DNA of 64,000 bases, from NCBI RefSeq assembly GCF_001194135.2, contig NC_068990.1:13942729-14006728 (forward strand), in the 5' to 3' direction. The position numbers were made by a program, and so were the translations under genes. Below the pieces are notes generated by a model, which saw only the letters and a program-made list of their open reading frames with translations, made no database searches and was not told the DNA's origin. Source of the stretch: Octopus bimaculoides (taxonomy: Eukaryota). This document shows, piece after piece, positions 41,324-53,150 of the stretch (the first letter of the stretch is position 1; each line of letters begins with the position of its first letter).

Positions 41324-41375
<52 letters not shown>

Positions 41376-41674
41376 AAATCCCAAGATAAAATAATTAGTT
41401 TACTACTTACTACTACAAAACAGATGCCAAAGTGATGTAACCTTCCCCAACACCATCCCTGATTCCACTCACTCCAACACACATGCATCAAACAAAAAAC
41501 AAAAAGAAAACAAAATTCAATGTTTTTGATAAATTTTCAGTTATTTTTTTTTTATATAATCTTTATTGGATTTTATGCAAAAATGCACACGTGTGTAAAT
41601 AAACACCAAATATGGTCATATAAACACATAAGTATATACAAATAAACATATACAGTAATACTTCACTTTATAAA

Positions 41675-41885
41675 AGCTGGCAGAAACGTTAGCACAGCAG
41701 GCAAAATGCTTAGCAGTATTTCGTCTGTCTTTACGTTCTGAGTTCAAATTCCGCCAAGGTCGATTTTGCCTTTCATCCTTTCGGGGGTCAATAAATTAAG
41801 TACCAGTTACGTACTGGGGTCGATCTAATCGACTGGCACCCTCCCACAAAATTTTGGGCCTTGTGCCTAGAGTAGAAAAGAATAC
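41675..41885 (+). mobile_element. SINE family A monomer nested in the Tigger-like element
   Basis: Full body with several CpG to CpA/TpG changes relative to other copies. Confidence 0.85.
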
Positions 41886-42929
41886 TCTACTTTCTGAGGA
41901 CCCGCGTTACAAGACCCCAGGTTTACAAGTTTTATTTTATAATAAATATTAAAAGGTTAAACAGCCTTTTTGTGTCTGTAGCAACACTGATTCTGATGCG
42001 TCTACACAGCAGAATATAGCATTGGAGTAAAATGTTGGCATAAAAGTTTCAATGTTTTACTTTGTGTGTGTTCTTTGTTGAGAGAGATTATTATAAGCTA
42101 ATTCTTCATGTCACATATTTCATATTGTATACAAGTATTTTCCACTTGATAAACTAGCATTGGTTTTAATTTTAATTCCCCAGATGCAATTCCTCCAAAT
42201 AATAATGTCAGTTGATATTTTGCAACTTTAAAAACATGGCAGTACATATTCTCCATTAGCAATATTTCCAGAAAAGTCTTGTTTCATCATCATTAAAAAT
42301 CAGTTGTTGCATGTAGACCCACATTTCAATTATTTCTGCCAATGTTTCTGGAAATTTTTTTGCTGCATTGACATAAGCACTTGACACTTCTCCTTGTACT
42401 TTGACAGAATGCCACCCATGTTGATTTTTAAATCAATCAAACCATCCTGTGTTTGCAACAAAAGTTTCCTTTCTGTCACTTTTTGTTTCTTAAAGCAAAC
42501 TGAAGAGACAATGCTTTACTACAAATTGACCCTTGATTGACATTCATATACATGTGTTGTGTTTTGTCACTTATCCATGCATTTAGAAGTTTCTCCATTT
42601 CCAGAATAATGCCGCTGGCATCTCCTTTATAAGCCCTGGTTGATACCAAAGGCTGCACATTTCTAATCAGAGATAATTATTTAAATTTTTCTTAGAGAAT
42701 TGTGCAGACAGTTGACGAGTTAAGTGAAAATTTGTCACAAATGTTTTTCACAGTTGTACTGCCATCATGCATTATTACAATTTCATACTTTGTTACCAAA
42801 GTGATGGCTTTGTGTTTGTTTTGTTTTTTTTGTTCCTGTCGGTGCCTGTTGTACACTTCTGTTTAGTCAAATTGGGTGAGTTTAAAATATGCCGAAAATA
42901 ATAGTGTAAATACATGTATTTTATTTATT

Positions 42930-43215
42930 TATGCGCCCCTTTTAAAGCCTAGCCAGGCTCATGGGCCCGGTTTCCCAAGTTTCTATGGCATATGTGTTCC
43001 CCCCAGCTGAACGGGACGCCAGTCCATCGCAGCGTTACTCAAGAAGCAGGAAGAAAGAATGAGAGAAAGTTGGGGCGAAAGAATACAACAGGGGTTGCCA
43101 CTACCCCCTGCCGGAGCCTCATGGAGCTTCAGGTGTTTTCGCTCAATATACACACACAACGCTCGGTCTGGGAATCGAAACCACGATCCTCCGACCGCGA
43201 ATCCACTGCTCTAAC
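42930..43215 (-). mobile_element. SINE with the family C head but a different 3' half
   Basis: Shares the head and GAGCGAAAACACCT..GAGGCTCCGGCAGGGG with family C, then has an unrelated tail containing CTG.ACGGGACGCCAGTCCATCGCAG. Confidence 0.75.
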
Positions 43216-43354
43216 CACTGGGCCATTGCGCCTCCGCAAATACATGTATACAATATGAAATATGTGGCACGAAGAATAAGCATGTAATAATCTCTCTCAA
43301 CAAAGAGCATGCACAAAGTAAAACACTGCAGGTTTATGCCATCATTGTACTCCG

Positions 43355-43515
43355 ATCATCATCATCATCGTTTAACGTCCGCTTTCCATGCTAGCATGGG
43401 TTGGACAATTTGACTGAGGACTGGTGAAACCGGATGGCAACACCAGGCTCCAATCTAATTTGGCAGAGTTTCTACAGCTGGATGCCCTTCCTAACGCCAA
43501 CCACTCAGAGAGTGT
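43355..43515 (-). mobile_element. RTE-type SINE/LINE tail with GATGATGAT end
   Basis: Contains GGATGCCCTTCCT (minus strand AGGAAGGGCATCC). Homologues lie at 52670-52855 and 57940-58110. Confidence 0.7.
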
Positions 43516-44650
43516 GCAAATCTAATGCGAGTGAAAGTGATTCAGGAAATGATTATAACAAGAATACTTTTTATCATAAATGAACTTAACATTCTTTTTA
43601 CATTACATAAAATATTCTTTACATTCTACTGTTGTTTTATTGCCATTTATTTACGAGTATTATAAATTTTATTGGTAAAATATTTTTCTGGGAACAAATT
43701 ACGATTTATAACATTGCTACAATGGGAAATTATTGCTCTGCTTTACGAGTGGTCTCCAGGAACAAATCAACTTGTATATGAAGGCATTACTGTATTCATA
43801 CACACGTCAACCAAATTGTTGGATGTTGTTATAGATTGCTAGTCACAATGCATTTCTATGTATTATTGTAGCATTTGAATGATGCCTAAGCAGGCAGACC
43901 AACATTCGCCTTGGATGGAAGACCTGTCCTTCGTAGGGCTACCCACTTAGAACTGTGTGGACTTAAATAATGTCAAAACATTTTGTCAGAGATACGCAAG
44001 CAGGTCACTAACACAGTTTAAGTCATAGGATACCTTAGAAATGCCTGAAAAGTGAATCTGATGGTATATGTGGGTTTTAAATGGTTATCATTATTCATCA
44101 TGATTTATGATTGTTATCAATCTTTCTCTGCTGTTCTTACAGTTTCACTGCTTTTGAAATTTACTTTCTTGCCTGTAAAATACCAATACATTCAGCACTT
44201 CCAAAGTCTGTTTATGAAATGTTGTCACATTTGAAAAACTGATGTAGCATTAAAATTTACAGTAATTGTTGTCAGGAGCCATTTAGTTTAATGTGTACTC
44301 AGTTTAGTGAGCCACTCAGCTGGTATCTGAGGGGCACAGGTTCAACTCCTGCAGCTGTCTGCAGGCAAAGTTTTTATGTCTTAGCGCTTCCTGACTTGGG
44401 TAAAAGTTCTTGACTTTGGGTAAAAGAAAATGCAGGCAGATCAGTTAATTACGATTTTATTTAACTCAGATTCACACACTTATTGCAGCAGACCTTCAGT
44501 TTTTCTAAGCCCTGTTAAAGAACACAGAAGGTTGGGACTCCATCAAGGCCTTTCGTAAGATACCCTTAAAGCCAGGAACTTTTCTGCACCCCTTCGTATA
44601 TATGTATGTGTGTGTGTGTGTGTGTGTGTGCGTGTACATAGCATTTACAA

Positions 44651-44686
<36 letters not shown>

Positions 44687-45422
44687 GAAAAAATGTTGAT
44701 GACTAAGTTTGTCAATACACAATTTTTAGACACAATTATATAAAATACCAAAAGAAAAAAACAAAAAATACAACAGTGTATGTATGCTTGAAAATGGCTT
44801 TCATTACTCAACAGGATTTAAATAAATTAGAAGTTATTAATCAAACTACACTGTGTTGTGAAACCATCTACACTGAAAGAGTTCTGGGGGTGCTGTGCTC
44901 CACCCACCTGGAATAATAATAAAAAAACATTCACACAACCCACCCCAACAAACTAAACTACATCTCTTCTCTTCTTCACATTTCCTCTATGCTTATTTCT
45001 CGCTCCCCAAGCCTGTCATCATTGCTATCCTGTTGTCCCCCACAACTCTTCTATATACCCACGTTTTACCAGTCACTGCAGTGCTTGTTTTTTTTTTTTT
45101 AAATGGCCCTCATAATTCAAACAGGATTTTAAATAAATTAGGAGTCACTAATTAAATTACACTGTCTTGTGAAACCATCTACACAGAAAAATGGTTAAAC
45201 AAGAGTGGTTGCACTGGAGAGGTATTCATGGAACTGAAGGGACGGTGACTCCAAAATATACGACAATTATTTATTGCTTCTGAATACAGAAAGATTGTCG
45301 GCTCGCAAGATAGTCCAGTCCACACTTTACAAACCTCCATGGTTCACTGCACAAGTGTTTATCATAACTTTGTGCAGTATTCAAGTGAATGAGACTTAAA
45401 TCCTGCTCAGAACAGTTTGACA

Positions 45423-45437
45423 GTTTCCCATGGCAAC
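45423..45437. promoter_or_regulatory. Possible RFX X-box motif GTTTCCCATGGCAAC
   Basis: Matches GTNNCC-N(0-3)-RGYAAC, and lies in a locally CpG-retaining, repeat-free patch (45180-45480). No transcript evidence. Confidence 0.3.
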
Positions 45438-46582
45438 ACTTGAACTACTGAGCGCAATACTTTGAATAAATGAATTGGTGATCAGCAAAACAGTGCAACT
45501 ACAACTTAAAGTGGTAAATTATATTGCTCTGCCATTTAATCAGATAGCTATACTTGTTAAGTATAGCAACCGAATCTCCCTGAAATCAGACCCTCTTACC
45601 TTATAAAAGGAAAACAAACGAATATATTGGCTAGTCTGAAAAAAAAAAAAAAAAAAAAAACTACTTAAAAGAGTGGTCAAGACCATTAGAATGGCTTTGA
45701 TTGTATGTCTGGTTGAACAAGTCTGACAGCAATAGCTTATTTGAAGCTAGGAGGACTTGGCTGTTCAGAGATAAGTATCTTACACAAAAGATGTAATGCA
45801 GAGCTAGTTGTTGGTGTCAATGTAGGCCTATGGTCAAAGGTATTCCAACCATGACCACCTGTCTTTTCCTTTCTCAGAGATAACTAAAATTTGCATTATC
45901 CAATGAGTCTTCCCATTTTACAAGATGGTAAGATGTTATGACTTGAAGGACATTTTGTTGTTATTTCTAGCAGCTGTTAATCATACAACCACATAGAGCC
46001 CTTCCTCTTTGGTTGGTTGTGTACTCTCCTACTTTGGACATAGACACTCATGCATTTCATCAACAATCATCAATTTCTATTGTTAATCTACATCAAATTC
46101 TTTCAATCAAATACACTCATCCATTCACTGAGCACCTTAGATACTCAGCTAGACTGGCACAAAGTGAAAGGCTGGGCACAATGAGTTACCTGCATCAAAG
46201 TACCCAGACAGCAGCTCCCATTTTATGAAGAGGAAAATTACTTGACCACTGATTGTGTTCGAGTATGGTAATAGAGATATTGATGCACAGGTAACTCAAT
46301 GTAAGATTTTAACAATAGATCAACCACTGCATGATGGGTAAGGCACTTGGAATTAATTAACCAATTATTGCTGAAGTTTGCTTTGTGTGGCATTAAAACT
46401 GTAGTAGAAAAAGTGGTACTCAAACACTGGACAGGTGTGGTGCAAGCTTTCTTCTTCACTCAGTTTTCTAAAACAAAATAAAATGAAGAAATGGTTTCAA
46501 TAAATGGCTGTCCAAAATAAGAGGGACTTGGTCATAAAGGTTAATCAAAAACTGATTGAATACCCATGGCATTTACCCATAA

Positions 46583-46803
46583 CACTTTAGCATTCAGATT
46601 ATCCTGTCAAATGTAATCCTCACTTATTCACGTTATTTTCAATTAATCATACATTATCTTGTACCTTTGAAATTTCAATGACATGATTGTTTATTTTTAG
46701 AACAACATTGAAGGGTTGAAGTGTGAGAGGCTGAATCTCACCAGTTTCACTATAAAACAGGTAGAATTTTGGTGTGGACACGGCTGGTTTGAATGCTAAA
46801 TGG
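46583..46803. mobile_element. Old piggyBac-type MITE, second family
   Basis: Ends ataa|CACTTTAGCATTCA ... TGAATGCTAAATGG|ataa. Homologous to 48513-48691. Confidence 0.6.
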
Positions 46804-47068
46804 ATAATTTACAGAGCTTGAAATATTCAAATATTTAATAAAATTAGAGGTTCAAGAATTGTGAAGTAGTGATGCTTAGTTTTAATTGAAAAGAAAAAAA
46901 GAAAAATTACCAAAAAAGATGCAGGTAAAATTTCTCTCAAGTTGTAAATACTGGTTTTACTAANNNNNNNNNNCACCTTCACCCCAATCAACCTGTCTGA
47001 ATAAGAACTAACTAATTGATGACCCAAACAGGTGCCCTAGTATATATTAGGGTGTTTGTGAGCAGTTA

Positions 47069-47191
47069 TTAAGAAGAAGAGAAACTTACTGTTTGCAAAT
47101 CTAACCGAGAATCAATGAACCGTGAGATGAAATCAGTTAAACCCTCCAATTCTTGATCACGCAGAAACTGGAAATAACCTTTCCGGTTTTT
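47069..47191 (-). CDS. CENPI: CENP-I terminal coding exon: KNRKGYFQFLRDQELEGLTDFISRFIDSRLDLQTVSFSSS*
   Basis: Acceptor ctcttttttttacag. 123 nt ending in TAA. Resembles the CENP-I C-terminal Y..YL..QGL.GL..FI helix. Confidence 0.85.
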   Translation of the reverse strand, partial: KNRKGYFQFLRDQELEGLTDFISRFIDSRLDLQTVSFSSS

Positions 47192-47324
47192 CTGTAAAAA
47201 AAAGAGAAAAAAGGAGATTTCAGAATAGCTAGTTGGATTAATTTTTGCTAAAGAACTGAAGATGTGACACATAATATTGGTAATAACAGAGAGTAATTTT
47301 GTTGATGAAGGTCAACCCACACCA

Positions 47325-47600
47325 AAAATCAATGCTGAGACCCCCTTCGGTCATGACTGACCATGGGATTGCACCTAGAAAGTTATCTTCCCAAGCACAA
47401 GTCCAGGCAAGGTTGTTTATGGAAGACCAGCAGTCGCCCATGCACACTGGCCTCCCCTCTCCACGCCACTAGTGTTATCCAAGGGAATGTGAAATAGAGT
47501 GTCTTGCTCAAGAACACAACACAGCCTGGTCTAGGATTCAAACTCACAACCTCACAATCGTAAGTTCGATGCTCTAGCCACTAAGCTATGCGCCTTCACA
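47325..47600 (-). mobile_element. tRNA-headed SINE in the last CENP-I intron
   Basis: Minus-strand head GAAGGCGCATAGCTTAGTGGCTAGAGCATCG... with a CTTGAGCAAGACAC box. Confidence 0.7.
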
Positions 47601-48072
47601 AATCAATAGGTATTAGATATTTTAACTGTAGATTATATTCTTCCTATACCCAGAGATATACCAACTGTGGCCATCACAACTTTTCAGAGGTACCTAAGTT
47701 ACGATATATTCTTTAGGATGTGATCTGAAGGGGGCTTTGGCTACTATTCCTAGCAAGTTGAGCATGGAGAAACTTCCTCATCAATTCATTCCATTGTAAT
47801 AATGGTTTCAAATTTGGGCACAAGGCCAGCAATTCAAGGGGAGGGGATAAGTCGATTACATCAACCCCAGTGTTCAACTGGTGCTAATTCTATTGACTTT
47901 GAAAAGATGAAAGGCAAAGGTGGCCTTGGCAGAACTTGAACTCACAATACAGAGATGGACGAAATGCTGCTCAGAATTTGCTGATAGACTGCTAATAGAC
48001 TGCCACCCTACCTACCCCAAATTTTCGGGCCTTGTTCCTAGAGTAGAAAAGAATAATTTGATAAATACTTAC

Positions 48073-48111
48073 TCGTATCAATGAAGGATGCTGTCGGTTC
48101 TGGGGCATTTC
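48073..48111 (-). CDS. CENPI: CENP-I 39-nt micro-exon: EMPQNRQHPSLIR
   Basis: Strong acceptor cttttcactctcctcag and donor gtaagt. Phase 0 to 0. Fills the spacer between YLRQ and KNRKGY expected from homologues. Confidence 0.75.
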
Positions 48112-48512
48112 CTGAGGAGAGTGAAAAGACAAAAACATTTCGATATTAGTATCTTGAAAATCAAAAGATTGTATATATACTTATTTCTGATAGTTGAATT
48201 GTAGTTCTCTGGTTAAATGTCATTTAAATATTGCTGTAAGAAAACTCCAGTTTCTATTTCATAGATGCCATTAGAAGAGCCCACTTTATTACAAGTATTC
48301 AGGTCCCTGAAAATGCTAAGGGACACTGCTCTTCCTGTCTGTGAGAGAGAGGGAGAGAAATATTCCATGTCTTTTCTAAAATAGTACACTAGTTTAGTAT
48401 AGAAAGAAGTGGTATCTGTTTTTCAGTCAGCCAGGACCAAAGTGTAGAATAAAGAAAGAAAATTAATCAAAGATTAATTAATTGATTGAATGGCCATGGC
48501 ATTTACCATTAA

Positions 48513-48691
48513 CCCTTTGGCATTCAGATTACTTTCTCTCTTTCATATGTAATGTGTATTTATTCACATTGTTTGGAACTTATGTATTATCACGTAGCTT
48601 TGAAACTTTGGTGATGTGATTGTATATTTTTAGAATGACATTGAATGGTAGGTGTGAGAGGCTGGATCTGGCCAGTATAAATGTTAAAGGG
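48513..48691. mobile_element. Old piggyBac-type MITE, second family
   Basis: Ends ttaa|CCCTTTGGCATT ... AATGTTAAAGGG|ataa. Confidence 0.6.
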
Positions 48692-50076
48692 ATAATATAA
48701 AAAAAAAAGGATGATCAAGGCCCAAACACTATTGACCACAAGCTGACCTAGGGTTAAACAACAACAGTTGACTCATTGAACACTGATTCAGGCAGCAATG
48801 GTTAAAAGACAGATTGGCTGAAGGATGAGAAAGAAATTTATGAAAAGAAAAACAAAATACCCTTCTGGTTATTGCAGGTGAATAAATTAATACATTAAAA
48901 TTAAATGAGAATGAAAGGAAGAGGAGGAGAGGGAAACAATGAACAAAGAAAGCTGGGGGTGGGGTGGGGGTGTTGGATGTTATCTTAGTAGTAGCATTTC
49001 CATTAGTTATTGTGCCAAGGGAAAAAATATTTTGCCTCTTACGGAGAGCATATATGTTCCGGTTAATTTATATTTTTATCGGAATGTGATTGGTGTGTGG
49101 CAGGACAAGTAAGTTAATTACTCTATCAAAGTAATATTCCAAGGAAACATTCTTGCTTCCACTCACAAGAAATAGCAAAGGAATAAAGAAAGATAATGAA
49201 AAGAATCCGAAATATGCAAATATATTCCTGTAAACAACGCAGAAAAATGCAGCTGAAATGCATTATTAATATATTAAAATATTAATACAAGAATGGTGAG
49301 TATTAGAAGAATGGTAGATAAAAATTCCAGAGCTTGAAAGTACATGAAGTCTATGAAACTTTATGAAAATAGTTGTTCCTGTTCTCTAGCTCAACATGAA
49401 GCCTAGAATGAAAGGCACTCCAGCTGTGACCATCCCAACACATTATTTGACATTGTGCCAGAGAAGGAAATAATAGAAAAGTTGGCTCAATTCTAAGAAA
49501 ATTATATTTGTTTACTTGTTTCAGTCATAGGAAACTGGCCAGACTGGGGCATTGCCTTCAAGGGTTTCAGGCAAGTACGTCAGTCCAAGTACTTTGGGAC
49601 TTGTTGATCTCATGAGAAACAGAAGCCAAGTTGTCCTTGACGGGAAAGGATGTTTGTAACTCAGCTGCACTGACTTCAGGTCTCCTACTTTTTGAAATGG
49701 AGTAAGGAAACTGATTGAAGCTTTCAAAGATATTAGTTGCTGCATGGTTTTTTCCTAAACTAAATTTCTTATAATCACACATAGATCTTTCCTGAAAATC
49801 TTGGTGCACTGATGCACAAGGAGAATTTTTACCAGGAAGATTGATATCAAGGATTCTGGAATGAAACTATGATGGCAGACTACTGTTGAATGCTAGTTGG
49901 TGTTGACACAAATTACAATTACATCTGTTTAATTGTGAATATGTAAACAGAAAGGGGCTTTTTTTGTTGGTTGTTGTAATATTTTGAAGTACAATCACAG
50001 AGAAGGAATTAAATTTTATAGAATCAGTGGTGGGAGAACAAGAAATGGTGAATAAAGAGAGAGAGAAATAACCAAC

Positions 50077-50347
50077 CTGTCTCAGGTATAACTGTGCATG
50101 TCCTAAGAACGCTTGATGATGTAACAAGGATAAAGATGAATTCACAGATTTGCTACGAATTCCAGGTATGGAGAAGATATCAAAATCAAACAAAATGGTA
50201 TCAGGAGTTTGTTCTGTAGTATCAAAAGCTTTGTAACGCCAAAGAGCATTGCAGATATCTAAAACATAGACATTCAACTTTTTAATGTGTTTGTCAAGTT
50301 TATAGGGTGTCTGAAGCTTCTTTAAGTTCTGGAACACACTTGAGTAA
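50077..50347 (-). CDS. CENPI: CENP-I exon: (D)YSSVFQNLKKLQ...LNVYVLDICNALWRYKAF...SSLSLLHHQAFLGHAQLYLRQ
   Basis: Acceptor tcttcttgcag and donor gttggt. 271 nt, phase 2 to 0. Contains the Mis6/CENP-I hallmarks N.Y..DICN.LWR..AF and SLS..HHP.F. Overlaps track ORF 49867..50337. Confidence 0.9.
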
Positions 50348-50539
50348 CTGCAAGAAGAAAAGATGAAATGAATGAATATGTATATATATATGTATATATA
50401 TCGTGTGCCATTTTATATTTTAAATTTTGTGCATACACATTATTTGTTTTTGATTTTGTCGACCACACAGTATAGTAGGGTCAGCTGGGCACCGTCTGTG
50501 AGAAAAACAGCACCATGATGCAATTCACTCTGCCAGAAA

Positions 50540-51240
50540 TTTGGAAATGACATGCTGTACTACTTGGCATTTGCACCGGAAGCTCCAATACGAACATTTC
50601 AGAGTGTTTGGGTATCAATCTGAGAACATATACCGAGAGAGATAAAATTCAACCATCCAGTCAACATCATGGTGTTTGGAGTGATTACTAGTGATGGCGA
50701 CGTTATGCCTCCATTCATCCTCTCATACGACCTCAGACTCAACACAGGCCTACATCAAGTGTCTGGAGGAGGGAGTGCTGTGCTGGGTCAAGAGGGTGGC
50801 TGCTGGAGGACCTTGTCTGGCAACAGGATTCTGCACCACACCACACAGGCAGGAGAACCCAGTCGTGGCTGTCAGACAATTTCTGCAACCACATTACCCC
50901 TAATATCTGGCCACCTAACTCACCACACTGCAATCCCATTGATTATTATGTATGGGACACAGTTAAGCAAGAGACCAGCAAAACTCCTTGTAACACCAAA
51001 GATGAACTGAAGGCAAGGATTATGGCAGCATTCACCAACTTAAACAAGGAGATTTGCAAGAGATTCCGAAGTCACCTGGAAGCCATGGTTGAAATCAATG
51101 GCGATTTTATTGAATAAATTTACCCTTTATTATTTCATGATATTTTTATGTAATTTTGGTACATATATCTGTTAAAATGAGATATCAGTGTTATTTCCAT
51201 TTCTGCGTAATTCATATGACAGTTTATATATCACACCCTG
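50540..51240 (+). mobile_element. Internally deleted Tc1/mariner element of DD37D (maT) type, antisense in a CENP-I intron
   Basis: Reads MVFGVITSDGDVMPPF..., then QQDSAPHHTGRRTQSWLSDNFCNHITPNIWPPNSPHCNPIDY (37 residues between the Ds)...NGDFIE*. Right end ...CACACCCTG. Confidence 0.85.
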
Positions 51241-51579
51241 CATAGATGTAAGTCACCTGTCCAATGTACTTCATTTCCCTGTTATAACATACACTTCCTT
51301 TCCTTGTCTTTCTTCTTTTTGTCCTTTATTTTTATTGCTTTTCCACCATCATACACTATGTCAAGAATCCTATATATAAATCTGCCAATTCCATCTTTTC
51401 TTCGTTTATAACTTATCTGAACACCCTGTGCACTGACAGGCAAAACTCAGAGTAGCAAGAGGCCGACTAAAATATTAGTCTCTACTGAGGTATCAAGTAC
51501 ACTTTTTAACCAACTTCCAATAAATATGCATGTGTGCGCACACACGTTTGTGTATGAGGTTATATTTTGCAAAATTGTT

Positions 51580-51735
51580 TAAGGTGGAAAGCTGGCAGAA
51601 TTGTTAGCATGCTAGGTGAAATGCTTAGTGGAATTTCATGTCCTTACATTCAGAGTTCAACTTTGCATTTCATCCTTTTGGGGTTGATAAAATAAGCAGC
51701 CGGTGAGTACTGGGGTTTATGTAATCAACTTAACT
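51580..51735 (+). mobile_element. SINE family A, strongly CpG-decayed copy in a CENP-I intron
   Basis: Consensus CpGs replaced, e.g. GAATTGTTAGCATGCTAGGTGAAATGCTTAGTGG and GGGGTTGATAAAAT. Confidence 0.75.
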
Positions 51736-53025
51736 ACTCCTGGGTAAGTGTATAAAAACTGCACTTGTCTGTAAAGCCATGTTGAGCTAGAGAAGCAGAG
51801 TGGGCTCATCAAACCAGTATGATCTCTGGCTCAAATACACAACCTCCACATCAGATCATGATTAGTGGAGAGAACATGCTGAGGCCTCCATACTGCAGTG
51901 GGCTGAACACAGGTAATCTAATCCAATTGTTTAGCAAAGAATCTATGTTAAATTTTATCAACTTAACAGAGAGTGTCCATGGTTGAAGTTTTTGGAAAAT
52001 ATGAAGGTGTTGGACCATTTGAATAGCAATTATATTTATGCAGATCAACTTAGCTTCGACAAAGCTCACCAAGTGATAGGTATGTAAATAAAATTAATCA
52101 AACTTTTTAAAGGCAAGAGGCACAAACAAAATAAATTTTTCACTCAGGTAGTAAAGGAACCCGCTTGAAAGATTGCTGAATCTTCTAGAAATAGGCACCA
52201 AATTTGTACCAAGCCAAACCAAACCAAACTATACAATCTTAAAGATATAATACATATTAGGTAATGTATTCCAGGGTGCATAATTTATCCTTTATCTTTT
52301 ACTTGTTTCTCTGATATGCTGGAACCCACACAGCACCGGAGCAATGGAAAATAAAGTGCTTAGCTCAACAACACAACATACTTCCAGATCCAGGAAATGA
52401 ACCCACGATCTGGTGATTGTGAGTGCAACACCATAACCACTAGGCCATCACATAAACTACCTTCAATTCTTGCTGGTAAGAACAAGAATTCTACAATGGA
52501 TCGAGAACTTCAAAGGAATGCTGTAGTCCAATGGTAGAACATCTATTATGTTAACAAAAGAAGTGGATTCAAGTCCCACAGGTAGCCTTGGGCTTTTTTC
52601 ATCCAAATCGTTTTTTAATTCAGTATTTACACATAATTATTAACAGCTTTATCAATTTTGAATTCAAGCTGGTGCCATGTAAAAAGCATCTGATACACCC
52701 TGTAAGGTAGTTGGCACTAAGAAGGGCATCCAGCCATAGAGATCTTGCCAAAATAGACGACTGGTACCTGGTCCAGCTCTCAGGCTTGCCAGATACTGCC
52801 AAACTGTCCAACCCATGCCAGCTTAGAAAACGGACACTAAATGACAATGATGTATTCCACTGCTTTTAGAACATTTATAAAGCTTAAATAAATAGAAACA
52901 ACCCTACAATGAGAATGGAAAATAATTAGATTATAAAAACAAGATACACACAAACACAGATAGTAAAATTCCTACAAGCAATTCTGAGCATCAGCAGAAA
53001 CATGAAAGGATTCAGTGAAACTTAC

Positions 53026-53150
53026 TCAAAGATGATACGGCACAAACGTGAAATAACTGTGCACTGATTAGAGACAATGAGGCGACCGACAAATTCTGGT
53101 GATGGAATGGTCAATAATGGGAAGTTGGTGTTCAGAACGTTTCTTAGCAT
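53026..53150 (-). CDS. CENPI: CENP-I exon: MLRNVLNTNFPLLTIPSPEFVGRLIVSNQCTVISRLCRIIF
   Basis: Acceptor ctttccacag and donor gtaagt. 125 nt, phase 0 to 2. Resembles the CENP-I LPLV..PP..FY..L.S......LC.I motif. Confidence 0.85.

Larger units (their letters stand above)
41653..43792 (-). mobile_element. Decayed pogo/Tigger-like DNA transposon with nested SINEs
   Basis: Ends are TA|CAGTAAT... and ...ATTACTG|TA. The minus strand 42170-42860 encodes a CENP-B-type HTH (KHKAITLVTKYEIV; MEKLLNAWISDK...SICSKALSL) and DDE start (GWFD*FKNQHG; IFNDDETRLFWK). Confidence 0.75.

Noticed and set aside
41050-41375. Exon-like stretch followed by a poly-A run of about 48 nt
   Set aside because: No recognisable peptide in any frame, no AATAAA before the A-run, no TSD and no partner exons.
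44295-44360. tRNA-like segment with GGTTCAACTCC; similar heads at 16200-16290, 38445 and 56135
   Set aside because: No complete cloverleaf or acceptor stem. These are SINE heads rather than tRNA genes.
49567-49809. 80-aa minus-strand ORF inside a CENP-I intron
   Set aside because: No usable splice sites or recognisable motif, and it runs into a SINE tail.
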